Shown here: positions 9,536 through 18,914 of the stretch, piece after piece | Layout: every line of letters begins with the position of its first letter | How positions within the stretch are numbered: position 1 is the stretch's first letter | Assembly (NCBI GenBank): GCA_027366525.1 | Contig: DAHXKG010000003.1 | Span: forward strand, 164,997-228,996 | Reading direction: 5' to 3' | Source: a candidate division FCPU426 bacterium | GTDB lineage: Bacteria; Oederibacteriota; Muellerivitia; Muellerivitales; DAHXKG01 | Length of the DNA stretch: 64,000 bases | Position numbers and translations under genes: made by a program | The notes under the pieces: model-generated | What the model was told of the DNA's origin: nothing | Databases searched by the model: none | The model's input: only the letters and a program-made list of their open reading frames with translations

Positions 9536-11095
9536 ATGGATAACGAGGTGAAAATGTCTAAATTACTTACTTTGGAAAATTCATTGCGCGAAGGTTTGGG
9601 AAGTCAGCGATCCGGGGTCCCATGCAGTCTTGTCATCTTTGGCGCATCAGGCGATTTGACCAAGCGCAAACTCGTACCTGCATTATTTAGCTTATATCAG
9701 AAACATTTACTTTCAACATCGTTTAGTTTAATCGGAACCTCTCGATCTCAATTAAGCACCGATGAGTTTAAGCACCGATTAAAATCAGCATTGGATGAAA
9801 AAATACCGGGCATTTCTTCAGCTCTTTGGGAGAGTTTTTCTCAGAATTTTCATTATCTGCCCTTAACCGGCGGGTTCAATAATTTAGCGGATTATCAGGC
9901 GCTTTCAAAACTGTTGAATGATCTGGATCAAAAAAATGATACGTTGGGCAATAAGATTTTTTATCTTTCAACGCCTCCGGAAGTTTTTGAGGATATCATT
10001 TCAAATTTAGGACGCGTCGAGCTCACGCGTGAGAAGAAAGGTTTTTCGCGCGTGATTATTGAAAAGCCATTCGGCCATGATTTAGCATCCGCCCAGATGC
10101 TGAATCAGAAAATTAAAAACGTTTTTAATGAGAATCAGATTTATCGAATTGATCATTATTTGGGAAAAGAAACGGTGCAAAATTTATTAGTCATGCGGTT
10201 TGCCAATTCAATTTTTGAACCCATTTGGAATCGCCGATATATTGATCATGTCCAAATTACAGCAGCTGAAGAAATCGGAATCGAAAATCGTGCAGGTTTT
10301 TATGAAACCTCAGGTGTTTTAAGAGACATGTTTCAAAACCATCTTTTTCAAATTTTATGTTTAGTGGCGATGGAACCTCCGATTTCTTTTGAAGCCAATG
10401 CCATTCGCGATGAAAAATTGAAAATTTTAAAATCGATTCGTCCTTTTGAAGAAGAAGAATTAAAAACCTCGGCCTGCCGTGGACAATATGGGGGTGGATA
10501 TTTAGGCGGCGAAAAAGTTGTCGCATACAGGGAGGAAGCGGGGGTCAATCCTTTATCAACCACACCAACATTTGCGGCTTTGAAAATTTATTTGGATACT
10601 TGGCGATGGGTAGGAGTGCCATTCTATTTACGGTCCGGTAAACGTCTGGCGAAACGAATTAGTGAAGTTGCTATTCAATTTAAAGAACCGCCGGATTTGC
10701 TTTTTAAAAACAATTTACAGGCCATTTCCCCAAATGTTTTAGTCATTCGGATTCAGCCGGACGAGGGCATAACACTTAAATTTGAAACTAAAGTTCCTGG
10801 CATGGCGTTTGAGGTTAGAAATGTCAATATGGATTTTCGATATGGAACGAGTTTTACGGTTGGGGCTCCAGAAGCTTACGAACGACTTTTATTGGACTGT
10901 ATGTTAGGTGATGCCACATTGTTCATCCGGAGTGATGAAGTTGAAGCGGCGTGGGAAGCGTTGATGCCGATTTTGAACTATTGGGAAACCACCTCGCCAC
11001 AAGAAGCATTCCCCAATTATGAAGCTGGAACTTGGGGTCCGGCGATGGCCGATGCGTTGTTCGTCAAACCTTGGAGAAAATGGAGAAGACTTTAA
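9536..11095 (+). CDS. zwf: glucose-6-phosphate dehydrogenase
   Basis: GASGDLTKRKL NADP site and RIDHYLGKE active-site motif. 519 aa. Confidence 0.95.
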   Translation: MDNEVKMSKLLTLENSLREGLGSQRSGVPCSLVIFGASGDLTKRKLVPALFSLYQKHLLSTSFSLIGTSRSQLSTDEFKHRLKSALDEKIPGISSALWESFSQNFHYLPLTGGFNNLADYQALSKLLNDLDQKNDTLGNKIFYLSTPPEVFEDIISNLGRVELTREKKGFSRVIIEKPFGHDLASAQMLNQKIKNVFNENQIYRIDHYLGKETVQNLLVMRFANSIFEPIWNRRYIDHVQITAAEEIGIENRAGFYETSGVLRDMFQNHLFQILCLVAMEPPISFEANAIRDEKLKILKSIRPFEEEELKTSACRGQYGGGYLGGEKVVAYREEAGVNPLSTTPTFAALKIYLDTWRWVGVPFYLRSGKRLAKRISEVAIQFKEPPDLLFKNNLQAISPNVLVIRIQPDEGITLKFETKVPGMAFEVRNVNMDFRYGTSFTVGAPEAYERLLLDCMLGDATLFIRSDEVEAAWEALMPILNYWETTSPQEAFPNYEAGTWGPAMADALFVKPWRKWRRL

Positions 11096-11098
11096 ATT

Positions 11099-12187
11099 AT
11101 GATTACTTCAAGCCAAATTGAAAAAGAACTATTGAATTTTTGGATTGATTCAGAAAATAAAGTTTCTCCTAAAAAAAGTTTTCAACGCATTTATACCACG
11201 AATGTAGTTGTTTATACTTCGAAACATCTTTTCGGGCATTACGCTGAAAATAGTTTGGGGGAATTGTCGACCCGACATCCGGGTCGTTATATTCTGATTC
11301 GTCCGGCTAATGATTTAAATACGGATCCAGTTCGTTTTTTTATTTCAGGTCACTTTCAAATTGGGGACAAAAATGAAAAACGGAATTGTTGTGAAATTAT
11401 AAAATTGGTTTCTCATTCACCTATTTTAAATCAGATGTATAGTTTTGCGTCGTCGTTACTAATGCCGGATTTACCTTTGGAATTTTGGTGGATTGGTCAA
11501 ATACCCCAAAACGATTTATTTTTTTCAAAAATGTCCAGCATTGCGGACCGGATCTGGGTGGATTCTCAGATATTTGAAAATCCCCTTTGGGATTTAAAAA
11601 ATTTCGAATTGAGTAGCCGAAAATACAATAAGGATATTTTATTAGGTGATTTAAATTGGATTCGTATTTATCGTTGGAGGGAAATAATAGCCGAATTATT
11701 TGATGGCGCTTGGAGTCGATACCTTTTAAGAATTAAAAATATTACGATTAAATTTGGTGAAGGTTTTTCCAGTTTTCGAGGCTTGCTAATGGCCTGTTGG
11801 ATGGCCGTGAATTTGAAGTGGAATTACATCGGCAAGGGTATTCAAACCTTCCCTGAGAAACTGGAATTTCAATCTTTAAATCGAGAGCCCATCACGGTTT
11901 ATTTTCAAAAGGTTAAAGATTCCGATGCGATGAATCGTTTATATTCGGTTGAGATTGAGACGAGTGAACCGGAAAAGGCGATTTTTCAAGTGAAACGGGA
12001 AAAGGATCCACAATGTGTTTTATCGCAGTCCATCGTTAATGGCGAGATCATTTTTTCTAGGACGACCTATTTTGAACATTTGCATTCTTCGCAACTTTTG
12101 CTGGAGGGTCTTAAACGGTTTGAGCCCGATAGGGTTTTTGAAAAGGTTTTACAACTGATTCGAACGATGGTCGAACTCCATGAATAA
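11099..12187 (+). CDS. opcA: OpcA-like G6PDH assembly/effector protein
   Basis: 362 aa, lying between zwf and pgl as in actinobacterial/cyanobacterial zwf-opcA-pgl clusters. 8-nt overlap with pgl. Confidence 0.65.
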   Translation: MITSSQIEKELLNFWIDSENKVSPKKSFQRIYTTNVVVYTSKHLFGHYAENSLGELSTRHPGRYILIRPANDLNTDPVRFFISGHFQIGDKNEKRNCCEIIKLVSHSPILNQMYSFASSLLMPDLPLEFWWIGQIPQNDLFFSKMSSIADRIWVDSQIFENPLWDLKNFELSSRKYNKDILLGDLNWIRIYRWREIIAELFDGAWSRYLLRIKNITIKFGEGFSSFRGLLMACWMAVNLKWNYIGKGIQTFPEKLEFQSLNREPITVYFQKVKDSDAMNRLYSVEIETSEPEKAIFQVKREKDPQCVLSQSIVNGEIIFSRTTYFEHLHSSQLLLEGLKRFEPDRVFEKVLQLIRTMVELHE

Positions 12188-12965
12188 ACCAAGTACTAAA
12201 TTAAAGGAACATCATTTGGGTTGGAAAGTTCCCACCCTGGAAGTTTTTTCAACTGCAGATCGCTTGTTTCAAAGGGTCGCAAAAGATTTTTCCAAGATTG
12301 CCAATCAATCGGTACTCGAAACTGGAAAATTTATAGTTGCTTTATCAGGCGGCACGACTCCCAAGCGATTATATGAAATCTTGGGAACAACTCGATTTCG
12401 CCAGTTGATTCCGTGGAAGCAAACCTATGTGATTTGGAGTGATGAGCGACATGTGCCTCGTACAAGTCCTCAAAGCAATTTCAAAATGGCATGGGAGGCT
12501 TTATTATCTAAAGTTCCGGTTGCCTCAAATCATATCTTGAAAATGACCGATGGAAAAGGTTCTGTTGCTCAAAAGGCGATTCAATATGAAAAAAAAATGC
12601 GGAAACTTCTTGCATCCCAGCCGATGGATTTAGTGCTCCTGGGGATGGGGGAAGACGGTCATACCGCAAGTCTTTTTCCAGGAAAGCAAGAAAGACTGGA
12701 AGCGCAAAAATGGGTCATTGGCTACTTTGTGGATGAAGAAAAACGGGAACGGATTTCACTTACGTTTCCGCTTTTAAATCAAGCTAAACGGATTTGGGTT
12801 TTAATTGAAGGTGATAAAAAATCACAGATGCTTGCAAAGGTATTGGAGGATTCGAAACGAAAGTATCCTATTCAACACTTGAATCCTACGCAAGGTCAAT
12901 TGGTTTTTAAAGTGGATGTCGCGGCTGCATCTCAATTAAGGAATAAGTATTTTATTTCCAAATAA
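12180..12965 (+). CDS. pgl: 6-phosphogluconolactonase
   Basis: LSGGTTP, W.DER.VP and GMGEDGHTASLFP motifs. Confidence 0.85.
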   Translation: MNKPSTKLKEHHLGWKVPTLEVFSTADRLFQRVAKDFSKIANQSVLETGKFIVALSGGTTPKRLYEILGTTRFRQLIPWKQTYVIWSDERHVPRTSPQSNFKMAWEALLSKVPVASNHILKMTDGKGSVAQKAIQYEKKMRKLLASQPMDLVLLGMGEDGHTASLFPGKQERLEAQKWVIGYFVDEEKRERISLTFPLLNQAKRIWVLIEGDKKSQMLAKVLEDSKRKYPIQHLNPTQGQLVFKVDVAAASQLRNKYFISK

Positions 12966-12966
12966 G

Positions 12967-14994
12967 TCATGCATTTAAATTCTGAGATTTTTTTAGACTG
13001 GTCAATGCTGCTTCCACGACTTTTTCAGCCGTGAAGCCTAACTGAGTCATGACAACAGGTCCAGGGGCGCTTGCACCAAATCGATCTAGACAGATCGTAG
13101 ATCCGCACTCTCCAATAATCGAATGCCATCCAAATGAAGAAGCAGCTTCAACGGCTACTCGAGCCTTAATGGATGGTGGGAGAACCTTTTTTTGATAATC
13201 GAGAGGTTGTTGTTTGAAGATTTCTAAGCTGGGTGCACTGACAACGCGTGTGGATATATTTTGGCTTTCGAGTTTTTTTTGTGCTTCTAAACACAAACCC
13301 ATTTCAGATCCTGTACCAATCAGAATAACTTGCGGCATTGCGGTTGAAGATTCTGAAAGGATGTAGAGCCCATGAAAAAGAGCGCTGGCGGGTGCATAAT
13401 TCGAGCGGTCTAAGGTGGGAACATTTTGACGTGAGAAAACTAAAATGGTCGGGTTGTTTTTATTTTGAATGGCATATTGCCATGCAACAGCAACTTCATT
13501 CGCATCGCAAGGTCGTATAACGGTTGCATGAGGGATTGATCTCAAACTAGCCAATGTTTCAACGGGCTGGTGGGTAGGCCCATCTTCGCCTTGACCAATA
13601 GAATCATGTGTAAAAACATAGATCACCGGCAAATGCATTAAATGGGATAGTCGTAAGGCGGGTTTTAAATAATCAGCGAACATAAGGAACGTCGCTCCGA
13701 AGGGCAAGATGCCACCATGGAGGGCCATGCCATTAAGGACAGCGGCCATGCCATGTTCTCGAATGCCAAAATGAAAATTTCTTCCCTGATAGTTATGAGC
13801 GGAAAAATCCACATCATTTTCAATCAGGGTCATCGTTGATCCGGCTAAATCGGCAGATCCTCCCATAAAGAAAGGCAATTCTTTGGCTAACATGTTTATA
13901 ACATGACCACTTGAGATTCTGGTTGCGGTCCCTTTTGGATCGGGTGGAAATAGGGGTATTTTTTTATCAAGATCACTTGGCAAATTATGTTTGAGCGCTT
14001 GCTCTAACAATAATGCTTTTTGAGGGAACTCAACAGTAAATTTGTTGAGAATTTGTTGCCATTGATTGACCCATGCCTTTCCACGCTCAATGGCAGTACG
14101 ACAACGTTGTTTAACATCTTCGGGTATATAAAAAGTAGGTTCTTGTGGCCAATTCAAGAATGTTTTGGTGGATTGAATTTGTTCAGGTGACAATGCCGAT
14201 CCGTGAACTTTGGGAGAGTCTTGTAATGGACTGCCGTATCCAATATGAGTTTGAATTGCAATAAGCGAGGGTTTATCATGTTCCATGTTAGCTTGAGCCA
14301 AAGCCTTTTCAATGGATACCAAATCGTTGCCATCCTCTACAAACTGAACATGCCATCCATAAGCTTCAAAACGCTTATGAATATTTTCTGAGAAAGTTAA
14401 ATCGGTATTTCCTTCAATCGTAATGTGGTTATCGTCGTAAATAACTTTAAGACGTCCTAATTTTAAATGTCCTGCCATGGAACAGGTTTCATGCGATATT
14501 CCCTCCATTAAATCACCATCGGATGCAATCACCCAAGTATTATGGTCAATAATAGGATAGCCCATTTCATTAATTCGAGTAGCTAAATTTCTTTCACCCA
14601 TAGCCATGCCAACCGCAGTCGCTAATCCTTGTCCTAATGGACCTGTTGTTGTTTCTACGCCTACAGTATGTCCATATTCGGGATGTCCGGGTGTTTTGCT
14701 GTTCCATTGCCTGAAATTTTTAATTTCATCTAAAGAAAGATCATATCCATAAAGGTGCAGGAGTGCATATAAAAGCATGGATCCATGACCCGCAGATAAA
14801 ACAAACCGATCTCGATTAAGCCAATCCGGGGATGAGGGTGAAAATTTTAAAAAGCGGCTGAATAAAACATAAGCTGTTGGAGCCATGCCCATCGGCATAC
14901 CGGGATGTCCACAGCCAGCTTTGCGCGTGGCATCAACTGCGAGCATTCGAATGGTATTGATAGCCAATAAGTCTGTTTGATCAAATTGAGACAT
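12967..14994 (-). CDS. tkt: transketolase
   Basis: 675 aa. GHPG, GDGDLMEG-type ThDP motif (SDGDLMEGISHE) and GEDGPTHQP. Confidence 0.95.
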   Translation of the reverse strand: MSQFDQTDLLAINTIRMLAVDATRKAGCGHPGMPMGMAPTAYVLFSRFLKFSPSSPDWLNRDRFVLSAGHGSMLLYALLHLYGYDLSLDEIKNFRQWNSKTPGHPEYGHTVGVETTTGPLGQGLATAVGMAMGERNLATRINEMGYPIIDHNTWVIASDGDLMEGISHETCSMAGHLKLGRLKVIYDDNHITIEGNTDLTFSENIHKRFEAYGWHVQFVEDGNDLVSIEKALAQANMEHDKPSLIAIQTHIGYGSPLQDSPKVHGSALSPEQIQSTKTFLNWPQEPTFYIPEDVKQRCRTAIERGKAWVNQWQQILNKFTVEFPQKALLLEQALKHNLPSDLDKKIPLFPPDPKGTATRISSGHVINMLAKELPFFMGGSADLAGSTMTLIENDVDFSAHNYQGRNFHFGIREHGMAAVLNGMALHGGILPFGATFLMFADYLKPALRLSHLMHLPVIYVFTHDSIGQGEDGPTHQPVETLASLRSIPHATVIRPCDANEVAVAWQYAIQNKNNPTILVFSRQNVPTLDRSNYAPASALFHGLYILSESSTAMPQVILIGTGSEMGLCLEAQKKLESQNISTRVVSAPSLEIFKQQPLDYQKKVLPPSIKARVAVEAASSFGWHSIIGECGSTICLDRFGASAPGPVVMTQLGFTAEKVVEAALTSLKKSQNLNA

Positions 14995-15039
14995 AGTTAA
15001 GCTCCTTAAGTTAGTAAGATAAAAAAATTAATGAAAAGT

Positions 15040-15471
15040 TTAATCGAGTGGTTGTCGACCTGCAAAACCTCCCTCTAAAGAATGCCAGTGTGTGATTGAA
15101 GGCTCGCCGAGAATCCAACATAGAAAGACGATTTCATTGTTTTTTAGATAGTAAAAATCAACTAAACCCTTTTCAAGATCCTTTAGTACGGCTCCAGTTT
15201 TTTTGAATTTATTAAAAGTATTTTCAAATAGGAAAATATGGCGTTCAAGAATTTGCATTTTCTGATCAATGTTTCTTTTTGAATGGAGGAATAATTGATT
15301 TTGATCATCAGTTCCAGTTAATTCTTCAATTTCAATATCCACCTGCATCTTGAATATTTGTTTTTTTTGTTCTTGAAGTGAATGCAGTAGAGGAATTAAG
15401 GTTGGTAAAAGTTGATTGGCATCATCTAAAGATAGAATTTTAATGTTCTTTTTATGATTATTTGATGGCAT
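15040..15471 (-). CDS. DUF2203 family protein
   Basis: C-terminal LCWILGEPSITHWHSLEGGFAGRQPL matches the conserved DUF2203 tail. Confidence 0.65.
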   Translation of the reverse strand: MPSNNHKKNIKILSLDDANQLLPTLIPLLHSLQEQKKQIFKMQVDIEIEELTGTDDQNQLFLHSKRNIDQKMQILERHIFLFENTFNKFKKTGAVLKDLEKGLVDFYYLKNNEIVFLCWILGEPSITHWHSLEGGFAGRQPLD

Positions 15472-16117
15472 AAAACCCTTGGCCTTTAATATGTATTCTC
15501 CTTATTTTAAGATGCTTAACTTATAAATAACAAGATGAAAGCGAAGTTTGAATATTATTTATAGATAGCGATTTTTCAAATGCCATCCCATTCCTTTATT
15601 ATTCTACCAGTGTTACTTTCAGTTGGTATTGAGATAACTTTCTGCCTATAGCCCTGTATTATTGACCCGTACCGCCAGTACCACTTGAACCACTTGTACT
15701 GCCAGTACCTTGTGTCTCCGTTTTCACTTGGAGTAGCTATATTAGTATTTTCAGCAGTCGCTGTAGGTGTGGCAAAACTGGGTACGAAGGAAGTTATCGA
15801 GAAAATTTTTGTTGGAAGCCAAGTTGGACTGTTTTGAACAAGCGTACGGCCCAATAGACGTCACCAACAAAAACATAAATGCCAGTATCTTCTTTATAAT
15901 TGATCTCCTAGAGCTGTAATGTTGCAATAGGTTTTAAAAATTCAAAAAATTTATTACTTATTTGTATTTGAATCGTCATTTAAATTTAAAGTATACAATA
16001 TATTCTTAATTGGCGACTAGGGTCATATTTATGAATTTTCTAAATTGATTTTACTAAAGGTTGTGTTAGGAAAGGTTTTTTAGAGGTTAAAATTATTTTA
16101 GAATACGATGAAAACAG

Positions 16118-16154
16118 TTGACATTTATTATTAAATAATATAAATTATTATTTA
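16118..16154 (+). promoter_or_regulatory. putative promoter with overlapping Fur/PerR-type operator
   Basis: TTGACA at 16118-16123. Perfect 9-bp inverted repeat TAAATAATA(16132-16140)/TATTATTTA(16146-16154). The regulator ATG is at 16157, so there is no room for an SD sequence. Confidence 0.45.
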
Positions 16155-16156
16155 AT

Positions 16157-16612
16157 ATGAAATATTCAATAGACACCCAACAAAGTTTAATGGAGGCTTT
16201 TCAAGCGACATGCCAAGCCGAAGGCGTTCCATTCACTATTCAGCGCAAAACAGTTCTGGAAGTTTTGATGGATCGGGAAGATCATCCAACAGCAGATCAA
16301 GTTTATGATGATGTAATCAAAAAAATTCCGACCGTATCTAAAGCGACCGTCTATCGCACATTGGAAATGCTGGCACGAATAAAGGTAATTCAAAGAGCGA
16401 GTCATCTAGGGTCTACTACCAGATATGATTCAAATACACAACAACATCATCATTTGATTTGCTTGAAATGCGATAAAATTTTGGATTACCCGATTGAAAA
16501 AATAAATTTGATTAATTATCCCAAAGAAGCGCAGGGATTTGAAATCGTTAATTACTCGATTTATTTCAGTGGGTATTGTTTGGATTGCAAAAAAAAATAT
16601 AACATTTCATGA
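16157..16612 (+). CDS. Fur family transcriptional regulator (PerR-like)
   Basis: 151 aa. wHTH (ATVYRTLE), HHHLIC.KC and C..C zinc motifs. Sits upstream of dps and a peroxiredoxin. Confidence 0.85.
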   Translation: MKYSIDTQQSLMEAFQATCQAEGVPFTIQRKTVLEVLMDREDHPTADQVYDDVIKKIPTVSKATVYRTLEMLARIKVIQRASHLGSTTRYDSNTQQHHHLICLKCDKILDYPIEKINLINYPKEAQGFEIVNYSIYFSGYCLDCKKKYNIS

Positions 16613-16629
16613 CCGATGGAGGAAAAAAA

Positions 16630-17106
16630 ATGAAACCGAATATTGGAATTAAGGACCCAAGCCGTGAAGCCGTAGGCAAAATACTAAATACTATTTTAGC
16701 CGATGAGTATTTGCTTTATACCAAAACCCGCAATTATCATTGGAATGTAGTAGGCCTGCAATTTAATGATTTGCACAAATTCTTTGAAACACAATATGAG
16801 GAACTCGATGATATTGTGGATGATGTTGCAGAGCGAGGAAGGGCGTTAGGTATAGCGGCTTTGGGATCCTTAGGTGAATTTTTAAAACAGAGTCGCCTTA
16901 AAGAGCAAGCGAGGAAACCATTGAATGCTAAATCCATGATTATTCAACTGCTTAACGATCATGAGACCATTATTCGATTGCTAAGAGAAGATTTGGAAAA
17001 AGTTGCAAATGATTTTCATGATATAGGAACCAATGATTTTCTGACAGGAGTTATGGAAAAACATGAAAAAATGGCATGGATGCTTCGGGCCTTTGCTGAA
17101 GCATAA
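16630..17106 (+). CDS. dps: Dps family DNA-protection/ferroxidase protein
   Basis: NYHWNV.G..F..LH..FE..Y ferroxidase motif. GGAGG RBS lies 7 nt before the ATG at 16630. The ORF in the track starts at 16609. Confidence 0.9.
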   Translation: MKPNIGIKDPSREAVGKILNTILADEYLLYTKTRNYHWNVVGLQFNDLHKFFETQYEELDDIVDDVAERGRALGIAALGSLGEFLKQSRLKEQARKPLNAKSMIIQLLNDHETIIRLLREDLEKVANDFHDIGTNDFLTGVMEKHEKMAWMLRAFAEA

Positions 17107-17200
17107 ATCTGAGAATCTTTCATGCTCGTTTGATATAGAATTTTAAAAACGTCGAACGGGTAGTTGAAGTTAAAAAATTAAATTATTTAAGGAGGATGTT

Positions 17201-17722
17201 ATGGCAGCGCAAGTCACACAAAAAGCTCCAGAATTTCAAGGACAAGCAGTTATGCCCAATGGAGAATTTAAAGATATTAAGTTGTCAGACTATAAGGGAA
17301 AATGGGTGGTTTTGTTTTTTTACCCACTCGATTTTACCTTTGTTTGTCCCACGGAAATTCGGGCTTTTAATGAAAAGTATGAAGAATTTAAAAAAATGAA
17401 TGCAGAAGTGATTACGGCTTCGACCGATAGTGTCTATAGCCATAAAGCATGGCAAGAAAACGGATTAGGCAAGCTAAAGTTTCCGCATTTGAGTGACACG
17501 AATCTTCAAACCTCACGATCCTATGGGGTTCTATTGGAAGATCAAGGTATTGCTTTACGGGGCACCTTTATTATTAATCCAGAAGGCGTTCTCAAGCATG
17601 TCACCATTAACGATACTGCGGTAGGGCGTTCTGTAGAAGAAACGCAGCGGACCTTGGCAGCCTTCCAAACGGGGAAACTAGCTCCATGCGGGTGGACGCC
17701 AGGACAAAAAACGATTAACTAA
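17201..17722 (+). CDS. typical 2-Cys peroxiredoxin (AhpC/Prx1 type)
   Basis: FTFVCPTE peroxidatic Cys motif and a C-terminal PCGW resolving Cys. AGGAGG RBS upstream. Confidence 0.9.
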   Translation: MAAQVTQKAPEFQGQAVMPNGEFKDIKLSDYKGKWVVLFFYPLDFTFVCPTEIRAFNEKYEEFKKMNAEVITASTDSVYSHKAWQENGLGKLKFPHLSDTNLQTSRSYGVLLEDQGIALRGTFIINPEGVLKHVTINDTAVGRSVEETQRTLAAFQTGKLAPCGWTPGQKTIN

Positions 17723-17750
17723 TTTTAATGGCGTAGTCGATCAGTTAAAA

Positions 17751-17790
17751 AGCCGAAGAACGAAGATCAAGTTCTTTGGCTTTTTATTTT
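17751..17790 (+). terminator. rho-independent terminator after the peroxiredoxin gene
   Basis: Hairpin agccgaagaac / gttctttggct followed by a T-run. An A-run upstream makes it potentially bidirectional. Confidence 0.6.
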
Positions 17791-18914
17791 TAATTGATCG
17801 GAGGCCGAGCGGTCGAAACATCCGATTCATCCGGGGGCAATATGGAGTTAGAGGAATTAGGTTTGATTAAAATGGATGAGGCTTTAAGAAACGGGTAAAA
17901 AATTGGTTTTTTAAATCGAGTCAAAGCTAAATGGGTTGAAAAACCCATAGATGCAAAAGCAGTGTTCTGGATTTCTTCGCGGCAAATCGAGTATAACGGA
18001 TGATCAACAACGAGTTGAGAACGATAAATTGAAAATAATGATAAATAAGTGGGCGACTCAAGATGAACTTGTATTTTTTTAGGATAGGCAATGCCGAAAA
18101 AACTATGTGTAGTTTTAAGGACCGATAAAGATTTAGGTTTGATCCACTGAGGGTCATGGGAGAAATTCCAAGTAATAAATTGTCCGATAAGAATATCCAA
18201 ATCTTTGGGTTTGAAAAAAATATAATTCATACCCCCGGTTTTTGAAATATGAAATCCACGGTCCAATTGATCGGCCAATTGGAACAGGGGAATAGACCCA
18301 TAGTGGTGATCATGATGACCATGGCCCAGGAATGGAAGGGACTTTATGCAGGCTCCAGAATCTAAGTTTACCCATTCGCATATACCATCGACTTGGCAAA
18401 ATGGAGCTGTAGCAATCCATTGGTGAGTGAGGTATTCTGAAAAAGAAAAAGAAGCTTTAAACGGAACCAAGGTGGTGAAGATTAATTTCAAACGAAAAAG
18501 TTGACCGGATTTTCGAGAAGGAGCTTGAGCGGTTAATGTGTAAGTCAAAGGGGCACCCTTGGATTCGACAAAACGATTATAACCCATCCGCATGGCAGTT
18601 TGATCGTCAGAGGCTACAGAAAGTGAAAGGGGGAATTCCTGGAGTGAATCACAAATAATTTTCCGGTTTTGAACGACTAAAATTTTTAAGCCATTAAATT
18701 CAGAAGATTGAAAAGGAATTTGAGTTGAGGGTAGTTGTTTAAAATAACGATGCAGGGCCTCGAGATAATAACCCGAAAAGATAGTGCCAATGTGGAACTG
18801 GACGCAAATGAAGATATCTTGCGTCGGGTCATAACACTCGAAATTCCACCACTGGTAAGCGCCAGGTGAATTGACGATAGGTCGAGGATTGTCTGTATTT
18901 GAAGAAAGGTTCAT
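17790..18914 (-). CDS. CrtC-like (carotenoid 1,2-hydratase family) protein
   Basis: N-terminal PGAYQWWNFECYD ... GTIFSGYY resembles the Y.WWY.D ... FSPYY signature of hydroxyneurosporene synthase-like proteins. Confidence 0.45.
   Translation of the reverse strand: MNLSSNTDNPRPIVNSPGAYQWWNFECYDPTQDIFICVQFHIGTIFSGYYLEALHRYFKQLPSTQIPFQSSEFNGLKILVVQNRKIICDSLQEFPLSLSVASDDQTAMRMGYNRFVESKGAPLTYTLTAQAPSRKSGQLFRLKLIFTTLVPFKASFSFSEYLTHQWIATAPFCQVDGICEWVNLDSGACIKSLPFLGHGHHDHHYGSIPLFQLADQLDRGFHISKTGGMNYIFFKPKDLDILIGQFITWNFSHDPQWIKPKSLSVLKTTHSFFGIAYPKKIQVHLESPTYLSLFSIYRSQLVVDHPLYSICREEIQNTAFASMGFSTHLALTRFKKPIFYPFLKASSILIKPNSSNSILPPDESDVSTARPPIN

Noticed and set aside
15576-15854. 92-aa minus-strand ORF rich in W/Y/K. 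A lipoprotein-like signal (MFLLVTSIGPYAC) and a GTGSTSGSSGTGGTG stretch lie in the other two frames
   Set aside because: The three frames each carry a fragment of something plausible but none is continuous. I cannot decide between a decayed small lipoprotein gene and chance ORFs, so no call is made.
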